From an uncultured Phycisphaerales bacterium (GTDB lineage Bacteria; Planctomycetota; Phycisphaerae; Tepidisphaerales; Tepidisphaeraceae): a stretch of 64,000 nt of DNA. Under the pieces are notes generated by a model. The model saw nothing but the letters and a program-made list of their open reading frames with translations. It had not been told where the DNA came from and made no database searches. The stretch lies in NCBI GenBank assembly GCA_963758525.1, contig CAVWVQ010000003.1, positions 4,544,001 to 4,608,000 on the forward strand, read 5' to 3'. The translations under genes and the position numbers were made by a program. Shown piece by piece: positions 57,437 to 64,000 of the stretch (the stretch's first letter is position 1; each line of letters starts with the position of its first letter).

Positions 57437-59074
57437 TCAGTGTTCGGCGATCGCGCCTTCGGAGAATCTGAGCTCTTCCAAGTCGAGATCGTGCTCGATG
57501 GTGCGAAAGGTTTCGTCGCTGATGCTGCCGCGATTGCGGAGAATCAATACTTGCTCGCGCTCGGATTGAATCAGCTCCTGGTGGAGCGCTTGCCGGCGAA
57601 CGATCAGCTCCTCGGTTTCTGCGTCGAGGGAGACTTCCTGACCGTCGGCGGGGGGAAGCTCGCAACGGCCGGCGAGGAGCTTGTAGCGGTCGTCGTAGTA
57701 GTGCCTGATCAGGGCAAGCGTGGGCATGTGGGCGTTGGGATCGCCGGCGAGTTCTTCGAGCCGGGACATCGCGACCTTGATGGCGCGGAAGCGGGCTTCG
57801 TGCTCTTCACAGGGAGAAGAGTCTTCGTCGGCCTGGAGGCCCAGCGCGCGGATGAGCCAGGGGAGGGACAGGCTCTGCACGACCAGTGTGAAGAGAATCA
57901 CGGCGAAGGTGAGGAAGATGATGAGATTGCGCTTGGGAAAGGGAGCGCCGGCGGCGGTGACGAGAGGAAGCGCCAGTGCGGCGGCGAGGGAGTCCACGCC
58001 GCGCATTCCGGTGAAGGCGACGAGGAAAATGGATTGCCAGGGGGGAGTGGGATCTTTTCTGCGAATGGAAGGGATGAGCCAGCGCGGGAGATAGCTGGCG
58101 GGGAAGACCCAGATGATTCTGACGATGACGATGACGAAGCTGAAGATGAGCGAGTAGACGATGCGGTCGCGGGTGGAGTCGGCGGCGTCCTGCTCGATGA
58201 TGAAGCGCATCTGCAGGCCGATGAGGATGAAGACCAGGCCGTTGAGGAGAAAGGTGACGATGTTCCAGACGGCGACGGCCGTGAGGCGCGTGCGGGACGA
58301 GAAGAGGCGGCTGCTCCGCCGGCTGAGATACAGGCCGCAGACGACCACCGCGAGCACCCCCGAGACGCCGAGGGCCTCGGCGATAAGGTATGCGCCAAAT
58401 GGAGTAAGCAGGGTAATGATGGTCTCGACGACGGGATCATCGAGCATCAGATGGAGGCGCGCGACGAGGAGACCCAGGATCCAGCCGAGCGCGATGCCGC
58501 CGAGGGAGGCGAAGCAGAAGAGGGCGGTTGCGGAGGTGAGGGAGAACGTTCCGGTGGAGGCGGCAACGACGGCGAATTTGTAGATAGTGAGCCCCGTGGC
58601 GTCATTGACGAGACTTTCGCCCTCGAGCACCGTGATGATGCGGCGCGGGATGCCAAGGCGCGTCGCGATGGCGGTGGCGGCAACGGCATCGGGCGGGGAG
58701 ATAATCGCGCCGAGCGTAAAGGCGGCGGGCCAGGACATCGCGGGGATGATCGCGTGGGCGACCGCGCCGACGGCAACGGTCGTGAAGACGACAAAGCCTA
58801 CGGCAAGCATGGTGATCGGGCGCAGATTGGCGCGGAAATCCCGCCAGGAGGTGTACCACGCGGCGGCGTAGAGAAGCGGTGGAAGGAAGAGGAGAAAGAC
58901 GGCCTGCGGATCGAGATGCACGTCGGGGAGATGGGGAATGAAGCAGATGCCTAAGCCGCCCAGCACCATGACGGTGGGATAGGGAAGATGGACTTTCGTC
59001 GCGGCAAGCGAGAGCAGCGTGACGACCACGAGGAGGCCCAGAACCGTGGCGACTTGGAGATGGATGGCATCCAC
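57437..59074 (-). CDS. Na+/H+ antiporter, CPA1 family (NhaP/YjcE-like)
   Basis: FLPPLLY, GAIISPPDAVA, LEGESLVNDA, SGVLAVV, GMRGVDSLAAAL, DLDLEE. Confidence 0.93.
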   Translation of the reverse strand: MDAIHLQVATVLGLLVVVTLLSLAATKVHLPYPTVMVLGGLGICFIPHLPDVHLDPQAVFLLFLPPLLYAAAWYTSWRDFRANLRPITMLAVGFVVFTTVAVGAVAHAIIPAMSWPAAFTLGAIISPPDAVAATAIATRLGIPRRIITVLEGESLVNDATGLTIYKFAVVAASTGTFSLTSATALFCFASLGGIALGWILGLLVARLHLMLDDPVVETIITLLTPFGAYLIAEALGVSGVLAVVVCGLYLSRRSSRLFSSRTRLTAVAVWNIVTFLLNGLVFILIGLQMRFIIEQDAADSTRDRIVYSLIFSFVIVIVRIIWVFPASYLPRWLIPSIRRKDPTPPWQSIFLVAFTGMRGVDSLAAALALPLVTAAGAPFPKRNLIIFLTFAVILFTLVVQSLSLPWLIRALGLQADEDSSPCEEHEARFRAIKVAMSRLEELAGDPNAHMPTLALIRHYYDDRYKLLAGRCELPPADGQEVSLDAETEELIVRRQALHQELIQSEREQVLILRNRGSISDETFRTIEHDLDLEELRFSEGAIAEH

Positions 59075-59163
59075 ATGAGGGAATATACGGGGAAGGCACG
59101 TAGGCACGAAGGCACGGAGGCACGGAGGGGAAGGCGGGAGGGGGAGAAGCCGGGAGCAATCTA

Positions 59164-59994
59164 TTAGATTCGGCCGGCGCTATCCTTGGTTACGTCAGGC
59201 TGCTGGACCTTCTGCATCTTATCGCGGAGCCGGGCGGCTTCCTCGTAGTTCTCGTTCTCGATGGCGCGCCGCAGCTTGCGGGCGAGTTGTTCGAGCGGAT
59301 CGACGGGAAGCCGCTTGCGGATGTCCCTCGCGAGGCGCTTGAGCACGCGCACTTCATTGGATTCGCCGTAGCCTTCTTCCCGGCCGAGGCGCTGGAAGAA
59401 TTTTTTGATCTCGGCCAAGCCCGCTTCGACGGTCTTCAATGCCTCGTTGTGTTCGTTTTCCCGCAGGTGAACTGATGCGCGTGCGCGGGCGTGCATCATC
59501 ACGATGTAGGGGCGATATTGCTCCAGCACGAGCCGGTCCTGTTCGTCGTCGGCAAAGGCGCCGCACAGGTCGAGCACGCGCAGGTTGCGGGCGGTATCGC
59601 GGATCACGCCGGAGAAATCCTCGAGTACGAAGAGACTGAGGTACCGTTGGTAATACATGACCGCTTCCTCGCGGAGGGACTGACACTGCGCACTGGTCAG
59701 ATGGAAGCCGTCCTGTGTGCCGACCTCGCGCTTGTGCTCGGCAAGCTGATTTTCGTAGTACTCCAGAAGCGATTCGAAGCCGTGCGGACGCGTGCCGTCG
59801 GGTCGGCCGGCGATCTCCATCTGCAACAGGCCCAGATCCAGGCGCATCTGCAGCTTCGGAAGGCCGTCGAGCCCCGTCACCTTGCGAACGTTGATGGTTC
59901 CCGGCTCGTAGTCCCAGCCACGCAGCGTGGGCGTAATGTCCTTATTGGATGCCTTGCCTTCGGAAATTGGCTCGGGCGATGATTCTTCGCTCAT
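59164..59994 (-). CDS. UvrB/UvrC-motif protein (planctomycete-type)
   Basis: LQMRLDLGLLQMEIAGRPDG, YYQRY, QYRPYI, LRRAIENENYEEAARLRD. Confidence 0.85.
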   Translation of the reverse strand: MSEESSPEPISEGKASNKDITPTLRGWDYEPGTINVRKVTGLDGLPKLQMRLDLGLLQMEIAGRPDGTRPHGFESLLEYYENQLAEHKREVGTQDGFHLTSAQCQSLREEAVMYYQRYLSLFVLEDFSGVIRDTARNLRVLDLCGAFADDEQDRLVLEQYRPYIVMMHARARASVHLRENEHNEALKTVEAGLAEIKKFFQRLGREEGYGESNEVRVLKRLARDIRKRLPVDPLEQLARKLRRAIENENYEEAARLRDKMQKVQQPDVTKDSAGRI

Positions 59995-60178
59995 TGCAGT
60001 TCTTCTCTCCAAACGGGTTGCGACCTTCCGGCAGGGTCAATTGCCGGCGACCGCATCAAGTTGCGCCCGCGGTCAGCGAATTTTAGACCGTTCATTTGCA
60101 AGAGACAAAATCTTCATGCCGTCGTCACAAGCTTCGACTCGGAAGAGGGAAGCGGGGCAAGCGCGTATAATGGTCCCC

Positions 60179-61315
60179 ATGGGCGACCCATTGCCGAATC
60201 CGCTTTATGAGTTGCATCAACAGGCTGGGGCGGAATTCCAGCAATACGCGGAATTACCAATCGTCAGCACGTTCGGCGAGCCGCAGGCGGAATATGCGGC
60301 GATCCACAAAGGCGCCGCCCTGATGGATCAGCCCTTCCGCGGCTTCCTCGAACTGACCGGGAAAGACCGCCATTCGTTTTTGAATAATCTCATCACCAAC
60401 CAGGTGTGGGATAAGGAAAAGAAGAGCGGCCTGACGACGGGCCAGGGTGTTTACGCGTTCTTTCTGAACACCAAAGGACGCGTGGTGGGGGAGATGAACG
60501 TGCTGGAAATCGGGGAGAGTCTGCTTCTGGAAATGGACGCGAGATTCGTGGAGCCGACGCGCCTTGCGTTCGAGAAATTCCGCTTCGCCGAGAAAGTCGC
60601 GCTCGGCAACTCGGTCGGCAAACGCCATGCGCTGGGCGTTTACGGTCCATCTTCCGGGCTGGTGCTCGGACTGACCGAGCCGTTGCAGCCGCTGGAGAGC
60701 CGGGCAATCAAATTGTTCGACGCGGACACCATCGTCTGGCGGGACGATCCAACAGGACACCCCGGCTACCAGATCATCGTCGACACTGGCAGCGCGCAGT
60801 CGCTCTGGAAGAAGCTTTTGGAATCCTTCGGCCAAGCCACCGGTATCGGCAAGCGCCCTCTGCGTCCGATCGGCTGGGCCGCGTTTAACGCCACGCGGAT
60901 CGAAGCCGGCCGGCCGTTCTTCGGCATTGATTTCGACGAAACGGTGTTGCCTGCCGAGACCGGCCAGCTTTCAAGGGCCGTCAGCTTTACGAAGGGGTGC
61001 TATCTCGGCCAGGAAGTCGTCGCCCGCATGCACGCGCGGAACGTGGTCGCGCGGCAAATCGTCGGCATCCGCATGAACGACGACAGCCTGCCGATCGCCG
61101 GCACGCACATCTTCGCCCCCGACGGCTCCGCCAACCAGATCGGCGGAATTACCAGCAGCACGGTTTCGCCGATTCTGTCCAATGCGTCGATCTGCCTGGG
61201 AATTGTGAAAAAGGCGTACACCGCGCCGGGGTCGATCGTGGAAATTCCTGCGGAGGGGGCGATGCGGAAGGGGACGGTGGTCGCGGTGCCTTTCACGAAC
61301 GAAACTAAAGTGTGA
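60179..61315 (+). CDS. ygfZ: Folate-binding YgfZ/GcvT-family protein
   Basis: ELTGKDRHSFLNNLITN, RIEAG, SFTKGCYLGQEVVAR; TATAAT 7 nt before ATG 60179. Confidence 0.9.
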   Translation: MGDPLPNPLYELHQQAGAEFQQYAELPIVSTFGEPQAEYAAIHKGAALMDQPFRGFLELTGKDRHSFLNNLITNQVWDKEKKSGLTTGQGVYAFFLNTKGRVVGEMNVLEIGESLLLEMDARFVEPTRLAFEKFRFAEKVALGNSVGKRHALGVYGPSSGLVLGLTEPLQPLESRAIKLFDADTIVWRDDPTGHPGYQIIVDTGSAQSLWKKLLESFGQATGIGKRPLRPIGWAAFNATRIEAGRPFFGIDFDETVLPAETGQLSRAVSFTKGCYLGQEVVARMHARNVVARQIVGIRMNDDSLPIAGTHIFAPDGSANQIGGITSSTVSPILSNASICLGIVKKAYTAPGSIVEIPAEGAMRKGTVVAVPFTNETKV

Positions 61316-61411
61316 GTCCACCGGAGACGAATTCGGAGCCTCGGATGTACATCCGAGGCTTCTTTATCCGCGAATCTAGCAAAAGCCCGCCCTGAGCGTC
61401 TCCTTTCAGGC

Positions 61412-63475
<2,064 letters not shown>

Positions 63476-63487
63476 CGGTCCGGGAGG

Positions 63488-63544
63488 TTGTGGCGCAGGG
63501 TTTCAGCCCGCTTTAGAAGGGCAGGCTGGAAGCCTGCACCACAA
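63488..63544. repeat. REP-like doublet
   Basis: TTGTGGCGCAGGGTTTCAGCCCGC...GCAGGCTGGAAGCCTGCACCACAA. Confidence 0.8.
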
Positions 63545-63567
63545 TAAATGTCAAAATCGCCCGGGCG

Positions 63568-64000
63568 TTACTCGGCTTGCCACCCTTCGTGACCAATGAG
63601 CTTCACAAATCGGCAAGGACAGACATTGAGCGTTTTCAGTTCGGCACCCTCCCGACGCACCTCGACGAGCATCTGTTCGTCGATCGGCCCCACGGGTAGC
63701 ACGGCGATGCCGCCTTGGGCCAGTTGCGAGAGGAGCAGTTCCCGCGGCAGTTTTGGCGCGCCCGCGGTGATGATGATCCGGTCAAACGGAGCCGCGTCGG
63801 GCCAGCCGAGCGTACCGTCGCCGAAGCGGTAATGGATGTTGCGCAGCCGCATCGAGAGAAGCCGCTCAAAAGCGCTGTCCAGCAACGGCTTGAGCCGCTC
63901 GACGGTGTACACATCGCGGGCCAGATGCGCAAGGATCGCCGTCTGGTAGCCGCTTCCCGTGCCGATCTCCAGCACACGGCTGTGTGACTTCACATCCAAA
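63568..64000 (-). CDS. pcm: Protein-L-isoaspartate O-methyltransferase (partial, 5' end outside the window)
   Basis: VLEIGTGSGYQTAILA, GDGTLGWPDAAPFDRIIITA, CRFVKL. Confidence 0.95.
   Translation of the reverse strand, partial: LDVKSHSRVLEIGTGSGYQTAILAHLARDVYTVERLKPLLDSAFERLLSMRLRNIHYRFGDGTLGWPDAAPFDRIIITAGAPKLPRELLLSQLAQGGIAVLPVGPIDEQMLVEVRREGAELKTLNVCPCRFVKLIGHEGWQAE

Noticed and set aside
57200..58954. Long antisense ORFs (584 aa here; also 53840-55678, 11899-13182, 26776-27951, 62249-63547)
   Set aside because: Shadow frames of well-supported opposite-strand genes in high-GC DNA, with no motifs of their own.

Overview
GC-rich bacterial chromosome segment, most likely a planctomycete of the Phycisphaerae/Tepidisphaerales type (inference). 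Support: LEPRxLL-type N-terminal motifs on two secreted proteins, 'ATQP' linkers, DUF1080, a Ser/Thr kinase-FGE protein and a UvrB/C-motif protein. About 50 CDS: housekeeping genes (metG, hrpB, recG, pcm, ygfZ, PMM/PGM, ino1, cysK/cysM/mec/cysC), a lipid-modification cluster (Mpo1-like, PmtA, Psd, class-III aminotransferase, GT4) and three small toxin-antitoxin-like pairs. Many intergenic palindromic or short-tandem repeats; no rRNA, tRNA, CRISPR array, transposase or integrase seen. About 14 small indels break genes in the first 42.5 kb, mostly in homopolymer or dinucleotide runs, so most are probably long-read assembly errors. Top candidate for a new system is a 3657-aa exported Rhs/YD protein. 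Its low-GC, glycine-zipper 'toxin' slot is internal, bracketed by the Rhs DPxG motif and a second DPN motif, and followed by adhesin/CBM domains. It has no immunity gene, and a displaced orphan C-terminus lies downstream. Runners-up: the Mpo1/aminotransferase/Psd/PmtA lipid cluster; a TA cassette flanked by a duplicated RNase H fragment; frameshifts in all three toxin genes. All calls come from reading motifs by eye; no database search was run.
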